Source of the DNA: Octopus bimaculoides
Lineage: Eukaryota
Assembly: GCF_001194135.2 (NCBI RefSeq)
Contig: NC_068983.1
Span: 22,446,329-22,510,328 of the forward strand
Reading direction: 5' to 3'
DNA length: 64,000 nt
A model generated the notes under the pieces. The model was not told where the DNA came from and ran no database searches. It saw only the letters and a list, made by a program, of their open reading frames with translations. The number at the start of each line of letters is the position of its first letter. The stretch's first letter is position 1. Shown one piece after another: positions 25,701 to 40,190 of the stretch. Position numbers and translations under genes: made by a program.

Positions 25701-26768
25701 TGTGTGTGTGTATATGATGATGATGATGATATAAAAACAAATAGTAAATGAGTATATGCATATATACGTACAGGTATGTGCATACCGACATCCACCTGTA
25801 TGTATAGGTGCATATCTGCGTACAGGACATTGCAAACAAAACGTAGACAAGAAAACACACAAGCCACATAGAGAACATTTTCCTTCATCAGCTACCCCCA
25901 TTTTAACTCCGGCGTTTCGAAGAGCTGGGTAGGACGCATCGTTAAAACGGCTCCTCCCATGGACCGCAAATTAAATTTGTATACACAAATTAAACCTTGC
26001 CATGGAGGAATGTAGTGGCGGACAAAAAACAAGACAGGAAAACAAATNNNNNNNNNNNNNNNNNNNNNNNNNNNNNNNNNNNNNNNNNNNNNNNNNNNNN
26101 NNNNNNNNNNNNNNNNNNNNNNNNNNNNNNNNNNNNNNNNNNNNNNNNNNNNNNNNNNNNNNNNNNNNNNNNNNNNNNNNNNNNNNNNNNNNNNNNNNNN
26201 NNNNNNNNNNNNNNNNNNNNNNNNNNNNNNNNNNNNNNNNNNNNNNNNNNNNNNNNNNNNNNNNNNNNNNNNNNNNNNNNNNNNNNNNNNNNNATATGTA
26301 TGTATGTATGTGTTTATGCCCCCACCATTGAGTGACAACTGATATTGGTGTGTTTATGTCCCTGTAGCTTAGCGGTTCGGCAACAGGAACCGATAGAATA
26401 AGTACTAGGATAAGTCCTAGGGTCGATTTGTTCGCCTGACTAAAGGCGGTGCTCCAGCATGGCCACAGTCAAATGACTGAAACAAAAGAATTAAAGAATA
26501 AGTCAGCAGAAGGAAACTTTGAAACTTCAACTGTTTAACTAAAATGTCCAAAGCTGAAGTAGCCAACAAAACACTGACCTATTTAACAATGAGCAGCTGG
26601 TAGGGCAAGTCAACTGAATACACACACACACAATCTGTCCACACATACATATATACACATTGCATGCATACATACACACACACACTCTCCCACAGCTTTG
26701 ACAGAAAGAAAATAAAACAAAAATCTCTTGACATTTAACTACTATTGAAACAGTTTAAACAGCAGTAA

Positions 26769-26800
<32 letters not shown>

Positions 26801-27167
26801 ACAAGTACATCCACAAAGAAGGCCTGTATGTGATCACTTGTATTGTGAGAAATAGCAGTTAAATATGTCTCAATTCTAGTCCTAAAAATAGAAAAGACGC
26901 ATACAATAAGAATACTGTTAAAAGCAAAAACAAAAAAAAGTTTGTCATAGCATGAATTCCTTTGAGTTTAGTGGCCTAAGGCTAAACTACAAGTACTATG
27001 AAGAAAGAACTATGCTTCACTCGCTAAAAATAACAGTCTATACTCCCTCAAACCACATCCATTCATTGCATATTGAGAACTACATTGCACTGTCTGAAAT
27101 TAAGATAGCTGGTCAATCCTAGAATGCTTTTGATTACAGGTCTACTAAACCAAACCTAACTGGGATC

Positions 27168-27395
27168 TTAACCCTTTAGTGTTCAGATTAATTTGTCAAA
27201 AGTAATCCTTATTTATTCACATTTCAAAAAATTTATCTGATATTATTTTGTAGCTTCAAGATAGGAAAGATGTAATTGCTTATTTTTAGAATGACATTGC
27301 AGGGAAGGTGTGAGAGGCTGGTTCTGGCCAGTTTGAGCATAAAATGTGTTGAATATTTGGGCCGGATACAGCCAGTTTAAACACTAAAGGGTTAA
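27168..27395 (+). mobile_element. Complete piggyBac-like MITE (family F)
   Basis: TTAA|CCCTTTAGTGTT ... AACACTAAAGGG|TTAA. Confidence 0.88.
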
Positions 27396-27479
27396 ACTAA
27401 GATTTAGATACTCTAACTCCCTTAAGAAATTGGTAAATGGTCTGAAGGAACCACTGGATTTAATGTTCGTGGCAACTTG

Positions 27480-27840
<361 letters not shown>

Positions 27841-29359
27841 GAATGTGAGGGATCTAATGGTAACATGGAGTGAGTGGTAAAGAAGTTTGAGGGAGCCATC
27901 TGTAACACATTGGAACACATGGATATAGAGGAAGCATTTGAATTAACATGCTGAAGCAGACGGATATAGTATGAGGGTTGTAACTGTATAGTATTTAGTT
28001 ACAACTCTTTATGCTTTAACTTGAAACTCTACAAGAATTAACCTGCACTTTTCATCTTTTCAGAAACGCTAAACACTGAGCAAGCACTGGAGGTCATTGT
28101 GGCACTCTGCCAACATGAGTTCAATACCACCAGCATTGAAGCACACAATTCATTGATACAGAATTAAAATAAATACCTTGCAGATACTATGATAACAATT
28201 GTGACCACCTCTGCTTTTGGGATAAATTATATTATATTACTCTCCACACATTTCAGCTCTTTGTAAGTTTAATATAAAATATACAAAAAAAAAAAAGTTA
28301 CTTTCTTTTCTGTTGGAATATGATTACACTGCAAGCGAGACATTAAATCTTCTCACGCAAGTAATCAAGATTTTGAACAGCAGGTGTATTTATTCCTTTA
28401 CCAAGCTATGGAATGGGTGCCATTTTTATTTTCGTTCTTAGAATCATAATTTTGTGAGAACACCAAAGTACTGAGCATTCCCATTAAGCCTAAATAAAAG
28501 AATTCTCTTCACAATAAAATTCTGACATATCATTGAGTAGTACCAATCAGCACTGCCTGATGAAACTATAGAATACTGCTAACTGAACAAATATTTCTCA
28601 GCAGTAGTCCTATAGATCAAACATTTAAGATGTGCTTATGGATTGAATTTTATTGTCATATTTCAACTGGCAATCAAGCTGTGACTATCTGGTTTTTGCT
28701 TTGGGCACACCATAGATTTTAGAACAGAAGCACTAGATTTGCTTATTTGAAATGGTCAGAGATAATTTGGGTATCACATGGTTCTACAGGCTTTCTGTTT
28801 GAATGTCTTCTTTTTCTACATCCACCACACTTATTTCATATTTCATTTTTAATTCATTTCAAAAGTTTTACTAACTGTCTCCCACCCAGCTTAAAAGCTT
28901 CAATTAATTTTTGTGCATGTGTGTGTGTCAATATTCCTCTATCTCTGATCTACATTACTGGATGTTGGTTAGCTCTTAGCTTCAGCTTGAGGAGCAAGAC
29001 TAATGTTACAGGAGAAAACTGTCAATAAACAAAGCAGTCAAGCAACATTCCAAGGTGTGGCTAAAGTAAGTAGCTGTGAGATAAATCTCTCATTTCGTAT
29101 AGGATGCTGATACATCGGATAACTGGATAACTGCTCTCTGAGAAGAATTCAAACACAAATACTACTGCAAGCCAATAAATCAATTTCAGTGTTGTTGTTG
29201 TTGTTGTTGTTAGACATGATGTTCTAGGATTTAGGACTCAGAAAACAGGTAGTATCCCCCACTCTTTTTTTTTTTTTTTTTTAAGATTATAAAGGCATTG
29301 GCAGAGATTTAGCTGCGATGTTAAACTGATCAAGCAATTGCATATATGCAACCATACCA

Positions 29360-29730
29360 GGCACAGACGTGACTGTTTGGTAAGAAGTTTGCTTCCCATC
29401 ATCATAGTTCCCAGTTCAGTTCCACTGTGTGGCACCATCAGCAAGTGTCTCTTTACAACTATAGCCTCAAGCCAACCAAAGACTTGTGAGTGAATTTGGT
29501 AGACAAACACTAAAGGAAGCTTGTTGTGTGTGTGTGTTCCACACCACCACTTGACAACCCGTGTTGGTATGTTTACATCTCTGTAACTTAGCAGCTCAGC
29601 AAAAGATACTGATAAAATAAGCACCAGACTTAAAAAATAAATACTGGGGTCAATTCATTTGGCTAAAACTTTTCAAGGCAGTGCCCCAGCATGGTCACAG
29701 TCTAACGATTGAAACAAGTATTAAAAAAAA
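29360..29730 (+). mobile_element. Family A SINE, diverged
   Basis: Full head, body and tail are alignable by eye. Confidence 0.8.
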
Positions 29731-29745
29731 ACAGCTTTCCAATAT

Positions 29746-30133
29746 TATCTTTCACTTGCTTCAGTCATTGGACTACGGTCAAGCTGGGGCACCACCTTGA
29801 AAGGTTTAGGCAAACAAATCAACACCAATACTTACATTTTTAGTCCAGTATTTATTCTATCAGTCTCTCTTTGCCAAACTACAACATTGCAGGGATATAA
29901 ACAAACCAATACCAGTTGTCAAGAGATTGTGGGTGACAAACACAAACATTAAGACACACATACACACACATCTAATATACACAACAGCTTCTTTCAGTTT
30001 GTCTACCAAATCCACACACAAGTCTTTTTGGTCAGTCAAGGCCTTATAATAGAAGATACTCACCCAAAATACCATGTAGAAGGACTGAACCTGGAACCAA
30101 TGTAGTGCGGTTGGGAAGCCAACTGAACACCAT
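29746..30133 (-). mobile_element. Family A SINE, diverged, tail-to-tail with 29360-29730
   Basis: Begins atctttcacttgcttcagtcattggac (reverse-complement tail) and ends in the reverse-complement head. Confidence 0.8.
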
Positions 30134-31743
30134 ATTAAATATTGCAAATGTTGTAATGGATGCAACTGCTAAGAAAACTAGGGAGACGGCAACCTCCATT
30201 CAATCAAAGAAAAAACATTATTAGTATCATATGGGAAATGGTTCAATTAACTATAATCTCCTTAGAAAATTTCACTTAGTGCTTCTTCAAAAGATATCAA
30301 TAATTATACTAACTGAATTTTTAGCCTTTGCAACATATGTTTCTTGACAGAGAAAGCAATGCCCCCCCCCCCACTCTCTCTCGTCTCTCTAGCTAGCTAG
30401 CTCTCTGTCGCTCTCTTTCCACTATCTTTTGATGGCAGTTAAAAGTCTTTTATTAAAGACATGACACATCTTCAGCATGTAACAATAACCAAAATCCATG
30501 CAAAATTAAACAGTCAACTTAAGCATTTTTTTTTTTTTTCTTTTCAAGAGTTTCTTATTTTTCCATGCTAGTATTGATTTTAGATAGTTGAATTGTTTAA
30601 AGCAGGTGTTTAACAGTCACATACCCAACCCACACAATGATGAAGAGAAGAAGCACAATCTAAATGACTAGATATGCTTTGCTTACTTACACCTGCAATA
30701 TAATGTCTGGTCTAAGATTTGAACCTCTGAACTTACAACGGTTAAATAAATCCTGAAGTAGACACATTAGTGTTAATACATTTAATGCATAGACCATTAA
30801 AAAAACGATAACTTAAAAAGAAACATGCATGCAGTTACACCAGGTCTCTCTAATGATTAATGATTTTACATGTTCCATCTGTGATCAAAAGCTGTATATA
30901 ACTAAGGAGTTAGATGTAGTTATCAAAAGATTCACAAATGAAGATGTTCATCAAAAGATAGAATAGACAAGCATAAGCAAGAATTTATATATATATATAT
31001 ATATATATACTGAAGGATGCCCCTCATGCGTGTGTGTGTTACAGTCACATTGCCATGATATCATGTGATAGTTGTAAACAAATTTTGCTGTCACATAAGT
31101 GGTATCTATTTCCAATCTTCTGTGAAAACAGATCTGACTTTACTTGAAAAAAAGTGAAGGTTGCTAACAGAGAGGGCATCCAACTGTAGAGAAACCACCC
31201 CCAACAAATTCTGTCTGACCCATGCAAGCATGGAAACATAGATAATAAAATTATTATATATGGATGTCTGCAGATATTTTTCTAACTGGTTAAAGCCACT
31301 GTTTTATGAAATTGTTTGGATTTTGTAATCTTAATGAACTTTTAATATATACATATTATTATTAGAGACAACTTGGAATGTGTTTTTCTTATTCTGGTCC
31401 CACTAGTGAAACTTAACCCTCACCGGGTAATCAAAGCTGCTGAATACAGAGGCTCCATTCAGTAGCAAAGATGATCTACATTTAAGATATATTAACCTTA
31501 AAACAATTCTTTTATTCCACACCAAATAAGACAATTTGCTATGTTAACAACAGATGTCTCATCAGAAGTTTTTAGTACAGGTTAGTACAATCAATACAAG
31601 TCTCATTACTAAAATAGACTCATACTCAAATACACTAAAATTACATTGGTAATATTCCAATTGGACAACAGCAAAATAGGGTTAAAAGTAACAGTTCCAA
31701 ATTAAAATGCAGTTCAGGGATGTAGTTAGGGTTATTTGAAAGT

Positions 31744-32180
31744 TTAGCCCTTTAGCATTCCAATTACTCTGTCAAATGTTATGATTATTTATGCAGATTC
31801 TTCTGAATTAATCATGCATTATCTTTTAGCTTTGAGATTTCAATGATGAGATTGTTTATTTTTAGAATGATGAGCGTAGCCGTTGCCAGTACCTCCTGAC
31901 TGGCCTTCGTGCCGGTGGCACGTAAAAGCACCCACTACACTCTCTGAGTGGTTGGCGTTAGGAAGGGCATCCAGCTGTAGAAACTCTGCCAAATTAGACT
32001 GGAGCCTGGTGCAGCCATCTGGTTCACCAGTCCTCAGTTAAATCGTCCAACCCATGCTAGCATGGAAAGCGGACGTTAAACGATGATGATGATGATGATG
32101 ATGATGATTGTAAGGTAAGTGTCAGAGGCTGGATCTGGCCAGTTTGAAAATAAAACAGGTAAAATATTTGGGTTAGATAT
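31744..32180 (+). mobile_element. Family F MITE interrupted by a family D insertion
   Basis: MITE sequence stops at tttagaatga and resumes at tgtaaggtaagtgtcagaggctggatctggcc. Confidence 0.85.
31872..32108 (+). mobile_element. Young family D RTE-type tail nested in the MITE
   Basis: gagcgtagccgttgccagtacc...ggacgttaaac(gat)n. Confidence 0.9.
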
Positions 32181-33574
32181 GGGTGGTAGGGCAACTGAAG
32201 ACTATATGCAGGTAAACACAGTATAGTAGAAACACACAAAGCACAGAATAGTAGAAAAGTATGTATGTAGGACAAGATGAGATGGTGACAATTGATCTTC
32301 CAATCAAACCTAGGAAGCTATGCTTCTGTTGGTTTTTCTAAATATTGATATTATATATTGGTCATGACACCTAACAGAAATGTTACTATTTTCTGGTGAC
32401 ATAAAAAGCACCCAGTGCACTCTGTAGAGTGGCTGGCATTAGGAAAGGAATCCAACCATAGAAACTAAGCCAAAACAGACTATGGAACCAGGTACAGCCC
32501 CAAGTTCCTATCAATTTGTCTGACCCTTACCAGCATAAAAAAAAAGATGTTAAATGCTGATGACGATGATGATAATTGATGAGGGCATTTGAGTAAACAC
32601 CATAAGGCATCTTATCCAAATGCTGATCCCTCTGCTCTGAACTGGCTCCCATTTTTTCTTTTTTTCCTTTTTTATTATCAACCTTGAAATAATGTAAGGC
32701 AAAGCTGACCTCAGCAAGATTTGAACACGGTGCACAAAGAGTCGGAACAAATAATGTGAAGCAAGCTGTCCAACATTCTAATGACTCAGCCAATTTGACA
32801 CCTATGATGACAAAGACACAAATACAATATGGTTAATCATGTGGAAAAAAAAAACATCTGAGATGTCACCCACTCAGATATTTGAAATTAAAAGCCAGGA
32901 GTCAATATAAACCAAGTAAAAGCTGTTACTCATATATCAAACTATGTTCTTAATGCCAGACAGGAACAGTTATCATCAACTAAGTAACTTTGAACTGAAT
33001 GACCAGATAGGTAGCAATTTTAGTACATATATAATCATAAAATTACACTGTATTTCAATTGGGTGTAAGGTTTTGTGTCTAATTATTTCATTTCATTTCA
33101 TTTCACAAGCCAATGTCACAAGGTTAACAGAGTAACATTAGCATTATTTAGTTGGTGAATGTTGCAGAATAAAGTTTAGCTCCTGGCAAGTCAAGCATAA
33201 GACCCAGATTTGATTGCTTGCTGAGACAATTTAACCTTCCTTCTGTTAATAAAGTTTCAGAAGAATGCCACCTCCAAATAAATCTACAGTCTTAATTTCC
33301 ATTTGCCACTTCAAATATATTTGCAGTCTTACACACAGAAAACACTGTTCAGTTTCATAAAACTGAGTCACATGAAGATAATGCCAACACACACATGCTT
33401 ATGGTTATCCGCTGAACCCATTGAAGAGTATCTCCATTTGTGGGGGGTTTTTTACAACAGTATATACAAATCCTTAATGTATAGTTTCAATCACAAATGG
33501 GACATGTAAATATTTGGTTGGACAGGCTGGGTATAATACTTGCACACCTCTTCTGTATGAAAACACACACAACA

Positions 33575-33960
33575 TCTCCATCATCATTTTCACATCCTCT
33601 TTTCCATGCTTGCATGGATGGATCAGGTAAAGTTTATTAAAGCAGGCTTTCTACAACTGGATGCCCTTCCTGTTGCCAACCCTCACTCATTCCAAACAAG
33701 GTAATATTTCCCCGATGGCCAGACATTTTGTCATGGAATACTGGAAATGAATTACATTGTTTGTATGACAGTGAAATTCATTTACAACTATCGCATGACA
33801 TCAAGACAAGGAGACAAACACACACATATACAACAAGCGTCTTTTAGTTCCCATCTATTAAAAAAAGGCTTTATTCAGCTATACTAAAAGACACTTGCCC
33901 AAGGCGCCACGCAATTGGACTGAACATGAAACCAAGTGGTAACGAAGAAAATTTCTCAAC
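33575..33960 (-). mobile_element. Composite SINE: A-type head plus I-type tail
   Basis: Same architecture as 21400-21872. Confidence 0.7.
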
Positions 33961-34064
33961 CAGAGAGAGAGAGAGAGAAAGAGTTTTGCTCATATTTTCC
34001 TTGCTGTTTCTTTCTGTTCCTACATATATATATCATCATTTAACATCCGCCTTTCATATTGGCC

Positions 34065-34392
34065 CACATGCTGGTGGCACGTAAAAGCACCCACTACACT
34101 CTGAGAGTGTTTGGCATTAGGAAGGGCATCCAGCTGTAGAAACTCTGCCAAATCAGATTGGAGCCTGGTGTAGCCATCTGGTTCACCAGTCCTCAGTCAA
34201 ATCGTCCAACCCATACTAGCATGGAAAGCGGACGTTAAACGATGATGATGATAATATATATATAGATATATATATATATCTGCCAAATCAGATTGGAGCC
34301 TGGTGTAGCCATCTGGTTTTACCAGTCCTCAGTCAAATCGTCCAACCCATGCTAGTATGGAAAGCGGCCGTTAAACGATAATGATGATGATA
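34065..34392 (+). mobile_element. Family D tail with partial tandem duplication across a (TA)n tract
   Basis: tctgccaaatcagattggagcc...gttaaacgat occurs near 34145 and again near 34279. Confidence 0.85.
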
Positions 34393-35179
34393 TATACAGG
34401 CAAACAAATACAAATAATCAGTGTTTTCTAGTAGTCATTCAAACGTTTTCATAGAGGCATAAGTCAAGCAGGTCTGCAATAAATTCTCTCTCTCCCACAC
34501 ATCGAAATCATGTCATCTGTTGTAACACACAGTATTTCAGGTCTGATCTAACTACTACTCACCAAGACATGCACAAAAATCCTTCCTTTTGCTCTATCTA
34601 CAGTTCATCATCCATGACCCTCTCACCAGACAATCTTCCTCATGTTCAGAGTAATTAATTATACAACACTATATATAAGACTAGTGGGTACCCATGGAAA
34701 ATCCCTGGGTGATAAATGTTCACTTTTACAGTTAATTACTTGCAGCTAATTACATTTAGAGGGATTTGACTGAATAAAATATATGTTCCTCTTCATCATT
34801 TAATACATAATACACACACAATTTATACATGGTCAGCTGAACTTATAACATACATTTTACTAGTCTTATAATTTCATTAAATCAAAATTACAGAGATGGT
34901 AGCAACTAATTGCCTCTGATGCACATGTCAGTGTGATGAACAAACAAAGGGAGACACACTGCATATTATAATAGTTGAAAGGGTTAGGGTGAACATCAAT
35001 AAATCCAAGCATCCAGAGAAATGCCTTCATAAGCACCACTCAAAGCAACCTCAATGCCTACCTCAGAGGTGGGAAATGCTACTCTAATTTCAGAGACTAC
35101 ATGGTCACTTGACTTGCTAGAAATAGCAAACAAACTTCCTCTGAATCATATACTATATTATCTTATGAAGGCACATAAC

Positions 35180-35435
35180 CTAATGGTTAGGCTGTTGCAC
35201 TCATGATCATCAGATCATGGGTTTGATTCCTTGATTGGGCAGCACATTGTGTTCTTAAGCAAAACACTACATTTCACGTTGCTCCAGTCCCCCTTTTCGA
35301 TCAGGATGGAATATTGGCCTGCTCGCCTAGCCAGTGGGGTAGTGTCATTGGAAAGCCAAAACAATGCAAAATGCATCGTGACCAGCAATGTGTAAGAACA
35401 TCTGATAACCTGGTCAGTCACATGGTTACGTGATT
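35180..35435 (+). mobile_element. Family H tRNA-headed SINE (related copies at about 45560-45795 and 61955-62030 on the minus strand)
   Basis: tggttaggctgttgcactcatgatc...gtgttcttaagcaaaacactacatttcacgttgctccagtcc. Confidence 0.65.
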
Positions 35436-36635
35436 ATCTTATAAAAGAATGAACATATCAAACATACACCTTGATACACTATATCTGAAACAAAAGGCTA
35501 GAACACCTGTGAATGCAAAGTCTATTTTTGCATCTAAGAGTCTATTTGTGATGCTTAAAACATTTTTTTTCCCCACCTCAAAATAATCAATGTAAAAATG
35601 TTCTATTGAAAAATTGCAAACCAATCATAATACAGTCAGAAGCCAAACAACAACACTGTGGCACAGATTCTTTCATTTTCAGCCAGCACATCATTCAATG
35701 TCACTACATATCCACAACTGTGTCGTCATTACTCCAATATTGCATTCCTCTAGAATTTCTTTTCTCACACATTAACTTTCTAATAGCAGTTTAAACTGAA
35801 CATCAACAGCGCTAATCTTAAACAATGTACAAAAAGGTTATGTGCACTGCCCCGCCTACATTGACTAATTAATACACACATGCACACACACACACGCACA
35901 ACCTTCACTATACTAGATCTTTAAAGTTAACATTGTACATTCAAGCAACTCTTTATAATCTTGCATTTCTTATGGAGAAAGTCTGCCATTCGTACAAAGA
36001 GAGAGAAGCTTTTTGTAGTCAATAGAAATAGCAATTCTCTAAATTCTTTGCATCTTTGAACTCTTTCTCCATTATGCTATCACCAACTTCAATGCCTCAA
36101 AGGTTTTCAGCAGGAGTTTGGCTTTGCCTTTCATCACATCAAGAAAACATTAGCACTGTCAAATAAGTCAACTATTTTTCTCCCGCTACCTTGCAAATAC
36201 AACAATTGTGTCTAAGAAACAACAAATCAATGCTATCATGCTCAGATTTTACATATGTGCTTACTAAAAATGAAAAGAAATAATAATAATAATAAAAAAA
36301 AAAACAAGCATTAAATATATACTAACTACTCCATCTCTATTCTGTGTGAAGTGTTTTGGAAACTGTTTGTTTGAATACTCTCAGAAGATTATTCCAATTC
36401 TCCAATAATCTATTTTGAAGAGATTCCTGCCATTAATTTACTAAATGGTTAAATTTTCTGACAAACAAACAAACAAACACACCAACTCCCAGTAATTATC
36501 TACACGTGTATTAGAATGTAACAAACAACATTGATACCTGAGAATCCTTTCCCTTCACTATGGAACTTGTGATTTAGATTACCTGTATTAATTGCTCCAA
36601 TAAAACCCTATTATTATTACATCACTTGATGATCC

Positions 36636-36864
36636 TTAAGCCTTTAGGTACGAACCCACCTGAAACTGCTCCCAGACCTGTGATACAAACTGCCTGTTTT
36701 AAAATGATCTAAACCAAAAACCTATTATAATTTAATACGAATTCATGTGCTAAACATCAGCTTAATAAGAACAAAAGTTATTTTAATAAATTCTTTATTA
36801 TTTTCAAAACTAATTGAAACAAAAGCAGTGTATTTCAAAAGAAATATAGTAACAAAAGGGTTAA
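36636..36864 (+). mobile_element. Second piggyBac-like MITE family (G); another copy at about 61182-61413
   Basis: TTAA-GCCTTT ... AACAAAAGGG-TTAA; internal sequence shared with the 61.2-kb copy. Confidence 0.75.
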
Positions 36865-36934
36865 AATGAATTCAAAATCAAACTTCTTTCATGAAAACAC
36901 AGACATGAACGACAAAGCATTTGAGAAGACAATA

Positions 36935-37300
36935 GGTGCAAGTATGGCTCTGTGGTTACAAAGTTTGCTCCTTAACCACATAGTTTCAGGTTCAATCCCA
37001 CTATACCACTATGTGGCAGCATAGGTAAAGTGTTTTCTACTATAACCCAAAGCCAACAAAAGCCTTGTGAGTAGATTTCATAGGTAGAAACTGAAAGAAG
37101 CCTGTCATGTACATGAACATGTGTGCAGCTCTCATTTCAAATCTATGAAAACATGTCTGGCCATGGGGAAATATTACCTTGCTTGGAAACAGGTGAGGCC
37201 TGACAACAGGAAGAGCATGCGGTCATAGAAAAATCTGCCACGATAAACTCCATCTGACCTATGCAAGCATGAAAAGGTGGATGTCAAAACAATGATGTCA
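36935..37300 (+). mobile_element. Composite SINE: A-type head plus I-type tail
   Basis: Head gtatggctctgtggttacaaag...ggttcaatcccac, then aaaacatgtctggccatggggaaatattacc...aatgatg. Confidence 0.75.
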
Positions 37301-37796
37301 ATGAAGTCAAAGTTTTTTTTATTTTATTTTCCTGAAGCTATATTTGTAAAATTAATAGACAAATACATATCAACAGACTGATACATATATGTATCACTAA
37401 TTCTATTANNNNNNNNNNNNNNNNNNNNNNNNNNNNNNNNNNNNNNNNNNNNNNNNNNNNNNNNNNNNNNNNACCTGCGAATGAATGAATAAGTAAGCAT
37501 GTGAACAAATGAATACTATATACCGTCATCATCAGCAGCATCATCATTTTATGCCCACTTTCCATGCTGTCATGCATTGGACACAGACATATAGAGATAT
37601 ATAAATAAATTGTGTGTGTATATTATATAGAGTGTATATACATACACGCATACAGAGGGAGACAGAGAAACAGCAGACAGGTAATTGAAAATCTTTTAAC
37701 TGAAATGCTAGGGACTGAAAATGTTTCAGATTTTTCCCAGGTTCGAGAAACACTGTATATTTGCCTTTATAAAATGAGCTGACTTGGAGATGAGAT

Positions 37797-38035
37797 CATA
37801 ATCATCATCGTTTAACGTCCACTTTCCATGCTAGCATGGGTTGGACGATTTGACTAAGGACCGATAAACCGGATGGCTGCACCAGGCTATCTGATCTGGC
37901 AGAGTTTCTACAGCTAGATGCCCTTCCTAACACCAACCACTCCGAGAGTGTAGTGGGTGCTTTTACGTGCCACTGGTACGAGGGCCAGTCTCACGGTACT
38001 GGCAACGGCCACGCTCAAAATGGTGTTTTTTTTGG
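37797..38035 (-). mobile_element. Family D RTE-type tail
   Basis: Near-consensus reverse complement. Confidence 0.88.
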
Positions 38036-39192
38036 TGTTTTTCCAAATGTAAATATGCTATCCAGTTGTATTTCATAAAAGTACATTTTCACTATATATT
38101 CAAAACATACAGGCATGTCTGTGTGGTTAAGAAGCTCACATTGCAACTACATACTTTTGGGTTCCATCCCACTGCATGGCACCTTGGAGAAGTGTCACCT
38201 TCTATAGCCCCAGGCCAACTAATGCTCCAAGAGTGAATTTAGTAGACAGAAACTGTGTGGAAGCCTATCATGTGTGTGTGTGTAAATGTGTGCTGTTGTG
38301 TTTGACCCCCACCACCACCAGTATTTGACACTGGTGTAGCTTTGCTTATATCCTTATAACTCAGCAGTTCAGCAGAGACTGATAGATTGANNNNNNNNNN
38401 GGGGGGGGGGGGGGTGACTAAATCCTTCAAGGTGGTGCCCCAAGTAAAAAAATAATAAATAAAAGATATAAATGTAGTTTTATATACATTTGGTGCTGCT
38501 CCAGTTCCACACAATAGCTTGGCTTTAAGGTTATTACAGTTTTTGCATTTTTCAAAGGATTTTCAGTTAACATTACATACACCATTTTAGTTCACTGTTA
38601 TTCATAAAAACAAAAACACTTTGCTATTGTTATTAGTATCATGCCTGTTCTGATCAATGGTATTTTAGCTAGGTACCACGAACACAGTACCACATTTTCT
38701 GATGTGTCCTTTTCTATCTCTTTTCATCTCTCTTCCTCTTTGTCACTCCCTACCATCTCCCTGTCTCTCTCTTTCTTTCTCTCTCTCTCTTTCTTTCTCT
38801 CTCTCTCTCTCTCCTATTCTATTTTTAACAAAATGAGCAAACATGTGGAAGGTCCCTTGGATAAGCAATACACACAGGCATAAGCAAACACACACATGGA
38901 AAGGTAAAACTGTATCTATACACAATCAAAATGGAAGTACGCACATACATACGCATTTACTTGTATACAAACACATTGTAGGCACTATGTTGAATATAAA
39001 TAAAAAAATTAAAAAATAACACCACCAGAAAAAACAAATCGATGTTACGATAAGAGATCAATATTTCAAGATTCGAGATCGATAGGCAAATCTAAATAAA
39101 ACTTATGAGGGGGAATGTAACCCAATCAAGTGATTGATTAGATAATAAATATATTAAAAAAAAAAATCAAATATAGGTGTGTGTGTTTGTGG

Positions 39193-39255
<63 letters not shown>

Positions 39256-39359
39256 GGCAACAGGAAGTGAGCAAATGAACGAGTGATTACTAGTGATTAG
39301 AATGAACGAATTAATGAATGAGAGAATGAATGAGAATATTGACAGACAGGCCAGGCACA

Positions 39360-39490
39360 TACAACAACTTCAAAGTATTGGTGAGAAGGAGAGGGGGGGA
39401 GAGGAAGAGAGAGAGAAAAAAGAGAAAGGAGAGGTTGAAAAGGAGAGGACAGAGAGAGGGAGGGAGAGAGTAAAGGACAGAGAATGTGCC

Positions 39491-39526
<36 letters not shown>

Positions 39527-39610
39527 CTAGGAAGAGAGAAAGACAGACAGGAAGTAAAAAAGAAAAGAGGAGGAAGTGAAAGGAAATAGAGAGGATGAGA
39601 GAAACATGCA
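39360..39610 (+). repeat. Purine-rich (GA)-type low-complexity tract
   Basis: Read directly from sequence. Confidence 0.85.
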
Positions 39611-40190
39611 GAAGCAAAGTACAAGAGCAATAATAATAATAATAATAATAACAACAATTCAATATAATGGATCAGTTCTAATTAAAAGAAGTCATCAACA
39701 AAGTGGTAACAGAAGTATTTACAACTAATGACAATGTTATTATTCGTTTGCTGGTTTCAATCACTGGACTGCAGCCATGCTAGAACACCAGCTTCCAGTG
39801 TTTAGTTGATCGCATTGGCTGAAGTACTTACATTTATCTCATCTATCGAGTACTCTATCTAGTACTTATTTTATCAATCTCTATTTGCTGAACCACTGGG
39901 TTACATGGCATAAATAAACACTTGCATCTATCAAATTCCACTCACTGAGTTACATGGCCAACCAGATGCTATGAGTAGAAGACACACCTCCCCCTGGGTG
40001 CTGCAAGGAACTGAGGCTAATACACATGAATGGTTACAAAAACCATAAAGAGCCACACTGCTATGTCTGTAACTATCGTTCCTAGAAGGCTTTACTCTTG
40101 GGCTCTCTGTTCCTTTCCATTTATATGATAGGTCCTCTTGTTGTGAATGACAAATGAGGGTTCACTAAGATAAAGCAGTAATCATGTTTG

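Noticed and set aside
30684-30700. Possible recursive splice site or 2-nt microexon (ttgcag GT gtaagt, minus strand)
   Set aside because: Weak polypyrimidine tract; cannot be supported without reads
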